This document shows positions 30,790-44,676 of a stretch of 64,000 nucleotides of DNA, piece by piece. The notes beneath the pieces were generated by a model. It made no database searches, had not been told where the DNA came from, and was given only the letters and a program-made list of their open reading frames with translations. The DNA is from Piromyces finnis finn (Eukaryota; Fungi; Neocallimastigomycota), in assembly GCA_002104945.1 (NCBI GenBank), contig MCFH01000092.1:1-64000 (forward strand), given 5' to 3'. The translations under genes and the position numbers were made by a program. Each line of letters opens with the position of its first letter. Position 1 is the stretch's first letter.

Positions 30790-31266
30790 GAAACATTACT
30801 AAAAATAACACTACAAGCATTTATTATTAATACATAAAAAATAAAAATAAATAGAGCAAATAGAATCCATATTAATATTAATAAAAAAATATAAAAATAT
30901 TTATTTATATCTAATTTATAACTAATAATAAAAAAATTTTTAAATAGAATAATATTAATTAAAAAAAAAAGTCATTAATATAAATGGTAATAATAGACGT
31001 AAATAACAATACAATTGTTATTCCTTTTATTTATATCATTTACTATCGAAAAATTCATAAAATATTCAATAAAAGCCAACAAATATTTATTATATATATT
31101 TTTAATCATGTTACCACACAAAAATTAACAATATATATTAATAAAATTCTAAAAAAAAAAAAAAAAAAAAAATTAAAAAAATAATTTACACCTTGTTTCT
31201 TTTCTTCTTTTTTTATTATGGTGTTGTATAGTATATTTTTGTAATTAAGATTAATTGTATTATCTA

Positions 31267-31422
<156 letters not shown>

Positions 31423-32401
31423 AATAAATAAATAAAAATTAAGTTTTATGAAAATATATTAAGGGAGAAGACAAGAAGATTTCCAATTCTTCTATTCATT
31501 CTATATAGATTTTTATTATCACCAGTTATATATGTGTAATCTTTATGATGCTGATTAAAGAATAAATAACGGACCAGTACTAATGATTACTATATTTATA
31601 AGAAATTCCAAAAGTCACACATCAATAAAATAAAAATAAAAAAAATAAAAAAAATTTATTTCATCAATTCATTTCGGAAAACAAAACCACATCTTCCATT
31701 AATACATCCATAAAATGAACTAATGAAAGGCAAACTTTGATTGTGTCCTATTATAATTAAAATTTTAAGTTTATTCAAAATCTAAAAAAAAAATATTACA
31801 CATAATTAAAAAAAAGAATAATAGAATATTAAAAAACAAAACATTTTTATACTAACTATTATCAATAATCTTTCCCTTTCTTTTCATTTGATATTTCTTA
31901 TAATTTAAATCTATATAATTTATTTAATATTTATTTTTTTTTATATATATTTTATTGTTTGAATATTATTAATTTATTTAATGTTTTTTTTTAAAAAAAA
32001 ATAAGTTATTTTTATCATCTTAAAATATTAAAATTTAAGAAAAATAATAAAATAACATATTTTTCTTTATATTTATATAAAAAAATAAAAAAAAAAATTA
32101 AAAAAAAAAAAGAATTGATCTATAAAAAAATAACTTTATCTTTCTCTTTTTTCTTCTTTTTTCTTTTATATTTCTTTTTGTTTTATTAGTTTTTGTATAT
32201 ATTTCCATAAAATGTTTTAATAATTTATTTTATAAAAATCTTTCATTTTTTGTTATTTTTTTTTTCTTTTATTATTATTATTTTATTATTATTATTATTT
32301 CGTTTGTTTGAATTTTTAAAAAAATTTAATAATATTGATTAATTTTTTTTGATGATAATATTTAATGTTTTTATAGCAAAAATAAGGTTTTTTCAATTAA
32401 C

Positions 32402-33815
32402 TTAGAAAATTGGAATGTAATTGTTAATCTTGTCCTTTTGGTTCTATTTTATAAATTTAAAAAAAAATAGCATTAATTTATTTTATTAACTAATAAAATA
32501 CTATAATACTAATTATTTTCAAAAAATATAATTTACTTACTTGAGCAATACATTCTGCTATCCAGACAATATTTCTGATTTCTTGTTCCTTTAACTTAAG
32601 GTAACTGTAGAATTGACCAAAGTGGAATTGTTGTTCAAAAGATCTCTTGTTAAGGAGAACTTCACGTTCAAAGAATTTGTCTTCTAAAGACTTTTCAGCA
32701 CTGTTGTTTGGACCAGTTTCGAACATGGCAGCATAATCATGGTAAGTATCTAAAGCAACCTTAACTTGTTCAATATCGTCACACTTAGCAAGCTTAGCAA
32801 TACCTTCTGGATATAATAAACCATTTTCTGGGTAAAGCTTGGTACGTTCTTCCTTAGATAATTCAGTATCGAATGAGTTAATAGTGATGTTAATAGCTCT
32901 ACGGTCAGCTTCAAACTTTAAAATTTCTCCCATAACTTCACCAGTTGGACCACCGATCTTTTGACAGTAGTTGTAGAAATCTTCAATATAAGCCTTGTAT
33001 AACTTGTTACGAATAATTTCAATATCAACTTCATGTAAATCTTCAGCGCTTAAGCACTTTTCAAAGTATGGAGCTTTTTTATTAAAATAATTATTAATAA
33101 TTTTTTAAATAGCATTAAAAATTATTGCAAATATTTAAACAATATATTTATATTTTTACCTAATGGAGTTTCAATTAAAACAGTGTTGTATAATTCGTTT
33201 ACATTAGTAGCAATGCAAAGAGCTGGCATAGATTCAAAAGCACCGAGTGGGTGACACTTTTCTAAAAGTTCATGAGTATCACGTTCGTGAAGAGTACCGG
33301 TAATGAGAAGAATGACATTATCAATCATGTAACCATAACTATTATAAAATTGTTAATTTATTATTTCATTATTATTATTATTCATATATATTATATTATT
33401 TTTCTTACGTAATGTAATCAAGGAAAGTAGATAATGGTTCAACAGAGTTAGCTCTTAAATATTCAAAGTCATCCATTAAACGTTCAAGACACTTTTCGGA
33501 AATAGTAGAAGTGGATAATGGAGATGGTTCATTTTGAAGGAAATTTCCGTAATCAGTGGAAGATAATTGGAGCTTTAAATCTTTTTAATAAATAAATATT
33601 TTTAAATATATAAATTATTCGTTAATATTTTTTCATAATTCTCCATTTTGTCAAATTAAATTAATCTTATGAATTTCCAGATTAAAATATATACCTTCTA
33701 AGGTTTCACATTGAGTTAAGTTACTGTAAACATTGTTGTTAATAATACCACCCTTGAAACCTCTGACAATGGCTTCAAGATAACCGTTATCTACGTTAAA
33801 GTTGATAGCTTCCAT
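32402..33815 (-). CDS. VMA6: V-type ATPase V0 subunit d, 5 exons
   Basis: [79 protein letters not shown]|[13 protein letters not shown]. Confidence 0.97.
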
Positions 33816-35589
33816 TTTACTTTTTTTTTTTGATATAACAATATATTATTATGATATAGAATTATATTTAGATTAAATTTTATTATTAAAAAGTTTTTAT
33901 TTTAAATTAAAAAAATATCCAATAAAATTTATATTATTGATTTAACTTATATATTTTAAATAATTTTTAATTTAAAAAGTAGCCATTTAGATTTATAATT
34001 GATAGATTTGGTATTTAATTTTTTTTTTTTCTTTTTTGAATTCTCTATGATTATTTAATTAGTTTTTATATTTTAATGATTGAATTTTTTTTGTTTTGTC
34101 GAGAAATTTATTCATCATATTTATAATATTATATTTAAATCATAATAAGAACAAAGATTTAAATACAATATTAATAATATGATAATTCATTGATTTAGTT
34201 GTTAAACAAACAATATTTAATTTTCTTTTTTCAATAAAAAAATAATTCTCAATTTCCTCTTTTTTATTATTATTTTTTATATACACTCAAATAATATTTA
34301 CTTTTATGTTATCTTCAAATAAATAATGAATCAATCAATCAATTAAATCAATATTATTATTTTTGATATTTACTTTTTTTTATTTTATTTTTTTTTATTT
34401 TTTTTGTTTTTTTTTTAAATAAAAATAAATTTTAGAAAAAAAAATTTTTTAAATTTTTTTAAAAATAATAATAATAATAGTAATAATAAAAATAACAATT
34501 ATAATTTTTGGAATAATTTTTTCTATACAAATAATTATCTAAAAATTTGAATTAATATAAAATTTTATAATTATATTTTTCAAATCCTAATTATAATATA
34601 TAAAATTTTATTTAATTTTATTATTAATTACTTTTGCGCCTAACCTTTTATTTTATAATATTAAAAGATTGATACCAAAGAATAATGATTAATAAAACGT
34701 AATTGATTGTTTGGTGTAGTATAATAAAAATTGATACTTTATCTATTGACCTATTTTGTATATTATATTTTAAAAATATTTCATAAGATTATAATTAATA
34801 GAGTTATTAAATGGTACTCCTGTAATATATTAGATTAAATATATATAAATATTTCATAAATTTTATATATTAAAACAACTATTCTTTTATTATTATTGAT
34901 TATTAATTAATTAATCATTTTGTTTATTATTATAATTCTTGCTATTATTAAATTATTAAAAGTGTTTATCTTAAAAAATAATATATTATATAATCAACTG
35001 TTGCATATATTATTATATTAATTGATATTGTTGGTTAGATTAGATGGTAATGATTGGATAATATTTTAAAATAGAAATATGATATTTCGTCATCATTTAT
35101 TATTCAATTAAGAGTGGCTTAAAATTTTAGATTCAATTATTGGTTGGTTAGAATGGAGTATTATTTGAATAGTATTTTTTTCGAAATGATAGCAATGTTT
35201 AGGCATAATGAATTATTGTCTGGTTTATGTCGATAATAAATGTTTTTTTTATTATTTAAAAATTATATTCTACATTATTTATATAATGTAAAATATAACG
35301 TATTAATACATTTAAATTAAATACAATAATATACAGTTTTATCATTTGGAACATACATTTTAAAGATCATTTGTTAATTAAATTTATTTTATAATATTTA
35401 AAATGATTTTATAAATACAATTTAAAATTTATATTTTTATATTATAAATTATCAAAATGTTTTATTTATATATATTATATTTTTATTTTATATATATTAC
35501 TAAAGAAAATAGGTATGAAATAAATGTCAATACTTTAGATATACCATATGAATAATTCTATAATGATAATATTATACATAAAAGTAATT

Positions 35590-36135
35590 TACAAAGTTCA
35601 ACTGATCGTTAAGGTCAACCTTCTATTAATGAAGCATATATTTGTTAAATGATAATTGTATTAGTATATATAAAAAGGAGTATATAGTAGATTTATTAAT
35701 CTTCAGGATGAAAATGGAAATATAAAAACATATATTTCTTATATTTGTGGAAATTCTTGTAAAGATAAAATATATTATAATGAAACTCATGTTTCTTTTA
35801 AATGTACTAATGATTCAGATTGTTTATATAATAAATGTGTCAATAATTTTTGTACTTTTAATAATGAATCATCTATAGAATATTGTAGTAATATATTTAA
35901 ATATTTTTTTTATTTTGAATATTTGTATATTCATTGTGGTAAAGCTTCATATGATGTATGTAGTAATAATAATGAATATGTAGAAATAAAAAATGTGAAG
36001 GTCTTGATGCCTATGATATGAATAAAATTAAATTTAATCAACAATTTAGTGTTTTTATTTTTCTAATTATTTTATTAATAATTATATTCCTATTGATTAT
36101 GTATTGTATTTGTTATTATATTGACAAAAAAGTAA
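35590..36135 (+). pseudogene. Decayed Cys-rich single-pass membrane protein gene
   Basis: An ATG-less frame from about 35672 to 36021 reads FINLQDENGNIKTYISYIC...FKCTNDSDCLYNKCVNNFC...CSNIF...HCGKASYDVCSNNNE. Stops and frameshifts lie upstream; a hydrophobic TM-like stretch follows near 36050-36120. Confidence 0.55.
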
Positions 36136-38993
36136 TTTTACAATGTTTTAAAAATGAATAGTATATTCAAATAAGAATATATAGCAATAATAAACAATTT
36201 TTAATCATAATTTTTAATATTGATAATACATATTTTATTTTGTTTTATCAATATTCTTTTTATTTTTTTTCATTCTCCATTTTCTTTTTAATAAAATAAG
36301 CATATTATAATTTCTATTGATATTTTATTAATCAAAAATATTAAAAAACATAAAATAATTATAAAACTTTATAAAATATGAATTTAAAGATCCTAATTTA
36401 TACACGAACATATTATTAAATGAGATTTTACATTTTACTTTTGGCAAAATATTTATATAAAAGTACAAATGAAAAATAATAAAATAACGTATATACATAA
36501 AATTTTAAATTAATAATATTAGATAATATGAGTAATGACATTTTAGCAAAATAATAATTTTTTAATTTTATATCTTATATTACCATTATTATATATTTTT
36601 AATTTTATAATAATTTTTATATATCAAAATCTTAATATATATTTCTTTATATAATTTTATAAAACTAAATTTATATCGTTTTATGTCTATTCTACATGCC
36701 TGCTTAATTTAGAGTTAATAACGTGTATTATTTTAATAAAATGAATTATATTAATATAAAAAATTAGTTATAATTTAAATAAATATTAATTTATTTATAA
36801 AATCAATTAATGTTATAAAAAACATAATAGATTATTTTATATATATAATAATATTAGGTATATAATGTATAAATATAGTTAATTAGTTTTTAGTATTAAT
36901 ACCATTTCCATTATTTATATAAATTTTAGTATAATAAGTAATATAATCGACAAAATGAATATCATATAAAATATGAAACTAAATAATATATGGAATAAAT
37001 TTAATATGCAAATATTGATTCTAATAAGCAAGGATTAAAATATTTTTTGTAAAACTATTATTTTAATGAGTGTATATGCTTTTGATGATGATGATAATAA
37101 TGATAATTGTACAATAGTATCATGGAATTATGGTGCTAGGTTATGTAGTATTGTTTGTTGAAGCTGAATTAAAGAATTATAGCATCAATATTTTGTTTAT
37201 ATACTACAGTTAAATGCATTAGATGAAATTGTAACAGGCTGGTTTATTATATAATATTTTAGAACTATAGAAATTAATTTAAATAGAGTATTTTATAAGT
37301 TTTTTAAATATTTTCTTGTTCTATAATTGTAATAAATTTTAAATAAATATATTAAATGTATAATTCATAATACAAATCAAAAAATATAAAAGCAATTTAC
37401 ACAAAGTTAAATTGAGTATGATAAAATACATTAATAAAACTTTAAAATTTTATAATATTTAAAAAATTAAATATCAAAAGATTAATTGCTTAATTATTAA
37501 GTCCAGAATTTTCTTTTTAGAAAACAAAATATTTTTAAAAAAAAACGATAAAAACTAACTTTGTATAGAATAAAAAATATTAATATTAATAAAGATATTA
37601 TATATAATTACATATATTTAATTTAAATTTAAATTTAATTGTATATATTTGCTTTATTTTCTATTTCTTTTTTTAAAAAAAAAAGTTCTAATAATATTTT
37701 TTAAAATAAAATTTAATATAAAATGATATAATAAAAATATCAATCATTTATAAAAATGTATGATCCATTTAACCATAATTTATAAAATGTATAATCCATT
37801 GGGTAAAAAGATAAAAAAAAAATAATGTATATTTTAAATTTATATATATATATATTTATTAATAAATATTTAATATCTAAGAGAAAAATTACTTAATGTA
37901 TTAGCAATAGTTTATTTATTGATTATTAAATATTACTTAAACTACATAAAAATTAATAAATTTATATATTTAATTCTATTTTAAATGTTATATAAAAATA
38001 AATATATAAATAAAAGCGATTTAATATTAAATTCAATTTAATAATAATAATACTAATACTAATAATAATAATAATAAATCAAATTATATATTTTATATAA
38101 TTTTTCATTTTATCATTACACTGATATATACTTTTTGTTTATTTATTTATGTATTTATTTTAGCTTTTATTAAAGTATAGATGAATATAAATATAAGCAT
38201 TAGTCATTAAGATAAAAAAAAATCGATAATGCTAATATTAACAGTATTATATTTAATGTTTTATTTTTTACTTAATATACCATGTACAATATAATAATTT
38301 TATTAAAATTATTATTTTTTTAATAAAGTGTCTGAAAGATAAAATTAAAAAAAGTTATTAATAGTATTATAAACAGTAGACAATGGTAGAATGTAAATTT
38401 TTAATATTAATAATTAAGGTGTTATTAATAAATATTTAAAGATATGGTATAATTTAAATAAAAAAGTGCATTTTTTTATTTGTCTATATATATATAATAT
38501 ATAATAAAAGAAAAGAGTAATAGGTTTAAAAAAAAAATATCAATAATATTTTAAAATTTTCAAAATAGATTATTACATCTATAGTATCATTATAAATAAT
38601 AACGATTTAAATGGTATAATTTGTTATTAATTGAAATAACATTTATTATATATAATGTTTCTTTTTTATTATATGATGTCTCTTTTTTTTATAATTATAT
38701 TTTAGAATTTTGGATGAACTTTTTAAAAATATAATTTATACTAATTATATTCTTTAAAATTTTCATCCCACTTTTTTATTTATTTTATTTTATTACTCTT
38801 TTTATTTTATTTTATATATTTATTAAAATTTATAGATCTATTTATTATTCTATATTTATTTAGTTTTTCAATATCTATTATTATATAATCTATTCATCTA
38901 AGCATCTATTTTTTTTACCTATCTATTTACCTATTTATCTATTTATCTATTATAATAAATAGAATTAATAGATTTAATTATTTATTATTAATA

Positions 38994-40986
38994 TTAAGTT
39001 GGAGTTGGAGTTATTATTAAAGTAATCAATTCACTTGTTACACTAGGTACGACAGTACTTTTTGTAATGTAATTAGTAGAAGTTATAATATTAGTGTTGG
39101 TAGAAGTGTGAGTGTAATAATTAATTTTTTGTTTAATATTAACCCATTTAAATTTACTGTCTTCTTTAGTAAATTTACATTCTTGTATACGTAATGTATC
39201 TGGGTAATTCCTTCACTATTAGTAAATAATGTTTTGTTTTTATTAAAAACAGCAATATTTGGTGAAGATGTTATTTTTAATCCATTATAATCAGTGAAAG
39301 GCACGTTGTGCTTGAATAAATAATTTGCTTTTGAACATTTCGAAATTGTTAAAACGTAAGAATTTATATCAATACTTTTACCTACATCTAAATAATAATC
39401 AGAAAAACCGCCATTTTTATTGGCTAAATACATGTATGAAGGACTATCAGTTGACTTAACTAACCATTTAATATATTTACTTGGGCTATTCAATGTTCCA
39501 CCATACTTGGCCATAAATGTAGTGTATTCTCTTATTTCATCAACACCTAGACAATATTGATAACCTACGCTCCAAAATAACCAACGTATGTATAAGTTTC
39601 ATAACTCTTTTTTGTTTTAGTAACAAGACTAGTTTTTGTTTCAGTCGTAAATTTTGTTAAATAATTTATTGAATAACTAATTAAAATAGATGTGTATGAT
39701 GTAATAGTTATCGTACTAATAGTAGTAGTGGTAGTGGTAGTAGTAGTAGTTGTTGTTGTTGTTATTGGATCTGGTATGTCGGGATAAATCCATAATGAGT
39801 TACTATTACCATCATCCCAGTAAACTCTTTATTTTCTTTATCACATTTAAGAGCACCATCAGGATAATTAGTCTTTACATTTTGATTTAATGTATCAATT
39901 GGTTCTTTATTACCATCACATAAAGTTAATGATTTTTTACCTAATCACCATCGGTTTTAAATATTTCAGTTTCAGATTTCTCAATATGATCTATATATAA
40001 TAATTTTCCATTTAATATAATCATTGAATAATCACCACAATAGAGCATTTCACCTTCTACAAAAGACTGACCAACTTTAATAGTATCTGCATCATATTCT
40101 CTACCTTTATCGCTAATATATTTATTTTCGGCCTATTTATATTCACCGGTACTTGATCTTAAAATTAAATTATTGTTTCTAATATATAAGTAATGAACAA
40201 ACCATTATTTTCTAGTCTTAATTGCTTAACGCCTCCATCTTTATCACTTTTGAATGAACCTAATATTATAGAATATGTATCATCTAATTTCTTATAATGG
40301 AATATAACTTCATTATCAGTAATGTCTAATGATGCGTTATAATTTGATTGTAATGATTCTCCTGGTAATAAATTATTAAAATGGCATTTTTTAACTAAAG
40401 TATTTGTCATTAGGAACCATATAATAATCATAATAATTTGATTTTACGAAAATATAATTAATTTGTTTATATCTAACATGTTCATTTCACGCAGTTATAT
40501 CATATAAAGTTGAATTTACGAATCTTCTAACATCTCAATTACTCCAAATATACATTATGATTTTGGTCTTGCACAAATAACTCACCTTCATCCGATAATG
40601 TTAAATAAAATTTATAATTATTTAAAAGGATACTTTTTTCATCAGTAGTTATTGCTGAAAATAAAGGATTTGTTGAATGCCATATAGAATAGTTATTCTT
40701 ATCTCTTAATATAAACTCACCAAGAGAAGAAAATACAATATGATAATCACCTTCGAATAATTCAATGTTAGCAGTCATAGAAGACCAAGTAGTTCTTGAA
40801 TTATCTTTAATAACCATATTACCAGTATCCTGAATAAAGAATCTATATTTTTTATTATTTGAAACCAAAGCTTTTTCTTGTTCTAAAACATTTCCACAAT
40901 TCATTTCAATAGTGTTGGTATCAAGATCTTTTACGGATTTTTTAAGAATATATTACTAGAATACATAATACCCATTTTTTATTCAT
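38994..40986 (-). pseudogene. Disrupted secreted protein gene with bulb-type (B-)lectin-like repeats, Thr-rich linkers and a C-terminal domain
   Basis: Signal-like MNKKWVLCILVI at 40986, then a frameshift, then VLEQEKALVSNNKKYRFFIQDTGNMVIK...TWSS, LGEFILRD...SIWHS, LSDEGELFVQD (B-lectin pattern). Poly-Thr at 39720-39765. Several in-frame stops split it into track ORFs 40539, 40165 and 39083. Confidence 0.65.
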
Positions 40987-41627
40987 TTGTATTTATTTAA
41001 ACATATTTTTTTTTATTGTTTATTTTTAATTTTTTTATTACATGCATTATAATTTTAATTAAATTAATAATAAAGTTTAAAAATATTCGATGCCGTAAAA
41101 AAAAAAAAAGGGGGGGGAATTTAATAATATATGAAAATAAAACTTTTTTTTTAAAAAAAATTATGTTTAACCAATTTATTAAATATAAAAAAAAATATTA
41201 TTGAATTAAATTACCAAAAACTCTCAATAATTTAATTGTGATCTATACTACAATAACCTTAATTAATATTTTTTTAATTAAAGGAAAAATAAAAATTATT
41301 TATTTAATAACAAAGTTTATTTATTATTATTTAATTATTTTAATTAATAAAAATAAAATTAATGATAATTATTTAAATTTATTAAATATTAAAATACTTA
41401 TACCATATTTATTAAATATTAAATATAAATATATTTTTTAATATATATTTTAATTAATATAATGTGACAATATTTTGTGCTAATCTATAAATTATATAAT
41501 ATGCTATTAAAAATTATTGCTATAATTAACTTTAATCAATAATAAATAATAATAAACAAAAAAATTAGTTTTTATATCAATCTTTGTAAAGAAATAGAAT
41601 TATATTAAATAATTTAGTTTTAGATAA

Positions 41628-41894
41628 AGCTACTGTGTCTTCTAAATTTTTATAAAGACTTTCTAATAATAATGGCGGATCACAGTTTCTAGTTCCAAAA
41701 GCTATGTCCGAAATATCTCGAGTATTTTTATACGGCATGTCACCTATCATTACAACTTTAATATCACTCAGTTGGACATACTTGAAGATTCTAAATACAT
41801 CTTCTAGTAGTGGTGTAAAATAAGTATTTTTCAACTGATTATATATGTGTAATACCAATTTAGAATTTTTGATAAAGAAGTTGTCCCAAGACAT
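41628..41894 (-). pseudogene. Truncated, atypical family-1 uracil-DNA glycosylase fragment, intronless
   Basis: DVFRIFKYVQLSDIKVVMIGDMPY...DIAFGT...PPLLLESLYKNLEDTV parallels UNG VF.AF...L..VKVVILGQDPY...GL.FS...PPSL.NIYKEL. Similarity stops abruptly; the C-terminal half is missing. Confidence 0.72.
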
Positions 41895-42632
41895 ATACGT
41901 CACGTCACCACTAATTCTATTTTTATTTTACTTTTATTATTTATTAATATATTAATATATAATATAAATATAAAATAAAATTGTCAATAAATATACTTTT
42001 TATTTAAATATTAATAACTTTTTTCATACAATAAATCAAGATTATAAAAAAGGTTTTTAGAAAAAAGTTTTTCTATAATTAAAATATATTAATATCTCAA
42101 TACTAATTATCAAAAATAAAATTGCTATTTTTATGATTTGTTATGTTGAAAAATATATTAAATTGTAAAAAAAAATTAACTATTTAAAATTTTTAAATAT
42201 ATATAATATATATAATATTTATATGAAAAATAATATTATTTATAATATATTATATAAAAGTGTTTTAATGATATCTACATTCAGTTATTTAAGTATTAAT
42301 GATAAATAAATAAATTCCAATTAACAAACATATTTAATTATTTTTATTTTTTATTTTTTATTTTTTGTAAAATGTTAAAATTTTTTAAAAAGTTTAATAG
42401 TTTTACAATAATAATTAATAAGAATAAATAATATAAAATTAAAGGAAAGATATATTGTAGATTTTAGTTTCATTGATTATCACATAAATAAAATATATAA
42501 ATAAATATTATTCTATATAAAAAATAATTGTATAATAAACTATAATTTTGTAGAGCTACATGTATTTCTATTATAATAATTAAGATTAAAAATAAAAATT
42601 AGAAAATTAATAATTTATAAATATTAATTTAT

Positions 42633-42702
42633 ATTGATTATAATTTATTGATTATAATTTATTGATTATAATTTATTGATTATAATTTATTGATTATAAT
42701 TT
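42633..42702. repeat. 14-bp minisatellite (ATTGATTATAATTT)x5
   Basis: Directly visible. Confidence 0.9.
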
Positions 42703-43059
42703 AGAAAACATAGATTTATCAAAATATGCTTGTATTCAGATATTACATTTTTAAACTCATTTATTGTTATATATATATATTTTATTATAAGTATTGTATA
42801 TATTTTTAATTAAATAAAGTATACTGTTTTGAGTTTTTAATGTTCTGTTTTTTCAAAAGAATTTTTTTTTAATTATTAACCCTTAAACTATTATTTTCCT
42901 GAATAATCCATTTGAGTATTATTTCTTCTACAAATTTAATCTTAATCACACATTTAACTAATCTAATAAAACCATTTGTTTAATTAGTAACAATCTCGAT
43001 TACTTTCAATACTAGAATCTATTTGAATTATTTTCATTAATTAATTATTTAGTGAATTA

Positions 43060-44676
43060 TTATTTTTCAATAATCGTTTCTTCATCTGATTTGTCTTTTA
43101 TTGAAATATCATTATTGGAATCGCCATCATCTACTATAGTATTTATTGAAATATTGCAATATGAACCTTCATTTTCTTCTATAATTATTTTAATATCAGT
43201 AATATCCTTTGTAATTATTTCTTGTTTTGGCTTCTTATCTATATTTTCTTGATTAATATCATTTTTTATGATTATTTTCTCCTTACACCCAAAAACACCT
43301 AATAAAAAGACAAAAAGAGATAAAATAGTCAACAATAAAAAGTCAATATTAATACCATACATTCTTGGGCTTTCTTTTGTATAAGCAGTAGCATTAGCTA
43401 TCCTTGTTATAATAGATGTACAAAGAGCAGGACCAACAGCACTACCAATGAAACGAATAGAATTAAAAATAGCAGAAGCGTCAGATGTCTTTATCTTTGG
43501 TATGTCTTTCATAGCCCATGTAACAAGAGGCATAAAAAGAAAAGCAAAGGATATGCATCTGAAAATATTAATTATTGAAATAATCCAAATACTTTGATGA
43601 ATATTAATAAAATATATAATAAAATTTCCAATAGATAAAATCAATGGAGCTAATATGAATATTAATTTTATTCCCACTTTATCATAGATTTTACCAGCAA
43701 ATGGACTAATAATAGCCATTGCTAAAGATCCTGGTAATACTACTAAACCAGAAATGGTAGCAGAATAACCCTTAATTTGTTGAACGTAGATAGGAAAAAT
43801 AATTGCTGTACCCATAAAAGATATTTGTAATAAAACTGTTGCTATTAGACTAATAGTAAAGTTTTTATTTTTTATGATGCGAATATCTAAAAATGGAATA
43901 TCAAGATGTAACTGTCTCCATGTAAATATTATTCCAGAAACAATGCCAATAAGTAATGATAATAATACTTGATAACTTATAAAGCTATTCGTTCCAATGT
44001 TGCCAACTGAAAAGGTGATTCCACCAAAAGTAAGTGCACTTAGAATTAAAGAAATGAAATCAAACTTCTCCTTTATTGTTGGTAAAACATTTTCAAATAC
44101 AAAAATGGTACAAATAAGAGAAATTGACATAATGGCAATAGATATAATGAAAATCATTCTCCAACCTACAGAATCTACTAAAAAACCGGCAATAGTTGGT
44201 GAAATAATTGGTGCAACATTAATAGATAAACCGTACCATCCCATAATAGAACCAATCCTTTCTGGAGGGAAAATAACTAAAATAATAACCTGAGCCATTG
44301 ATGATAGTAAACCATTACCACATCCTTGAATAATTCTACCAAACATCATCATGTAAAAATTCTTTGAAATTGCACATATAATTAAACCAATGATAAAAAA
44401 AACTATAGCAATACAATATAGCCTTTTAGTTCTAAACCTTTTTATAAGATATGCAGTAAATGGTGTCATTACAGCCAAAAATAACGAAAATCCACTTGTA
44501 AGCCATTGTCCAGTATCGACATCAATATTAAAATCTTTCATAATTGGTGGTAATGCTGTTGTTAAGGCAGTAAATAGCATAGAAGTTGCAATACAACTAA
44601 TATTTATATTTAAAAATATTAATGTTAGCTTTTTATTGGTGATTTCCTTTCCTTCTATTACACTTGAATTACTCAT
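43060..44676 (-). CDS. MFS drug:H+ antiporter, DHA2 (14-TM, EmrB/QacA/LmrB-like), intronless, 538 aa
   Basis: TALTTALPPIM.DF, QWLTSGF.L..AVMTP.TAYL..RF.TKRL, GRIIQGCG, VAPIISPT.AG, PFLDIR, GK.YDK.G and 14 hydrophobic segments. Confidence 0.93.
   Translation of the reverse strand: MSNSSVIEGKEITNKKLTLIFLNINISCIATSMLFTALTTALPPIMKDFNIDVDTGQWLTSGFSLFLAVMTPFTAYLIKRFRTKRLYCIAIVFFIIGLIICAISKNFYMMMFGRIIQGCGNGLLSSMAQVIILVIFPPERIGSIMGWYGLSINVAPIISPTIAGFLVDSVGWRMIFIISIAIMSISLICTIFVFENVLPTIKEKFDFISLILSALTFGGITFSVGNIGTNSFISYQVLLSLLIGIVSGIIFTWRQLHLDIPFLDIRIIKNKNFTISLIATVLLQISFMGTAIIFPIYVQQIKGYSATISGLVVLPGSLAMAIISPFAGKIYDKVGIKLIFILAPLILSIGNFIIYFINIHQSIWIISIINIFRCISFAFLFMPLVTWAMKDIPKIKTSDASAIFNSIRFIGSAVGPALCTSIITRIANATAYTKESPRMYGINIDFLLLTILSLFVFLLGVFGCKEKIIIKNDINQENIDKKPKQEIITKDITDIKIIIEENEGSYCNISINTIVDDGDSNNDISIKDKSDEETIIEK

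Noticed and set aside
35030-35230. Slightly complex stretch with an LRR-like word (IIQSLPSNLTNNI) on the minus strand
   Set aside because: Too short and stop-ridden to support a call.
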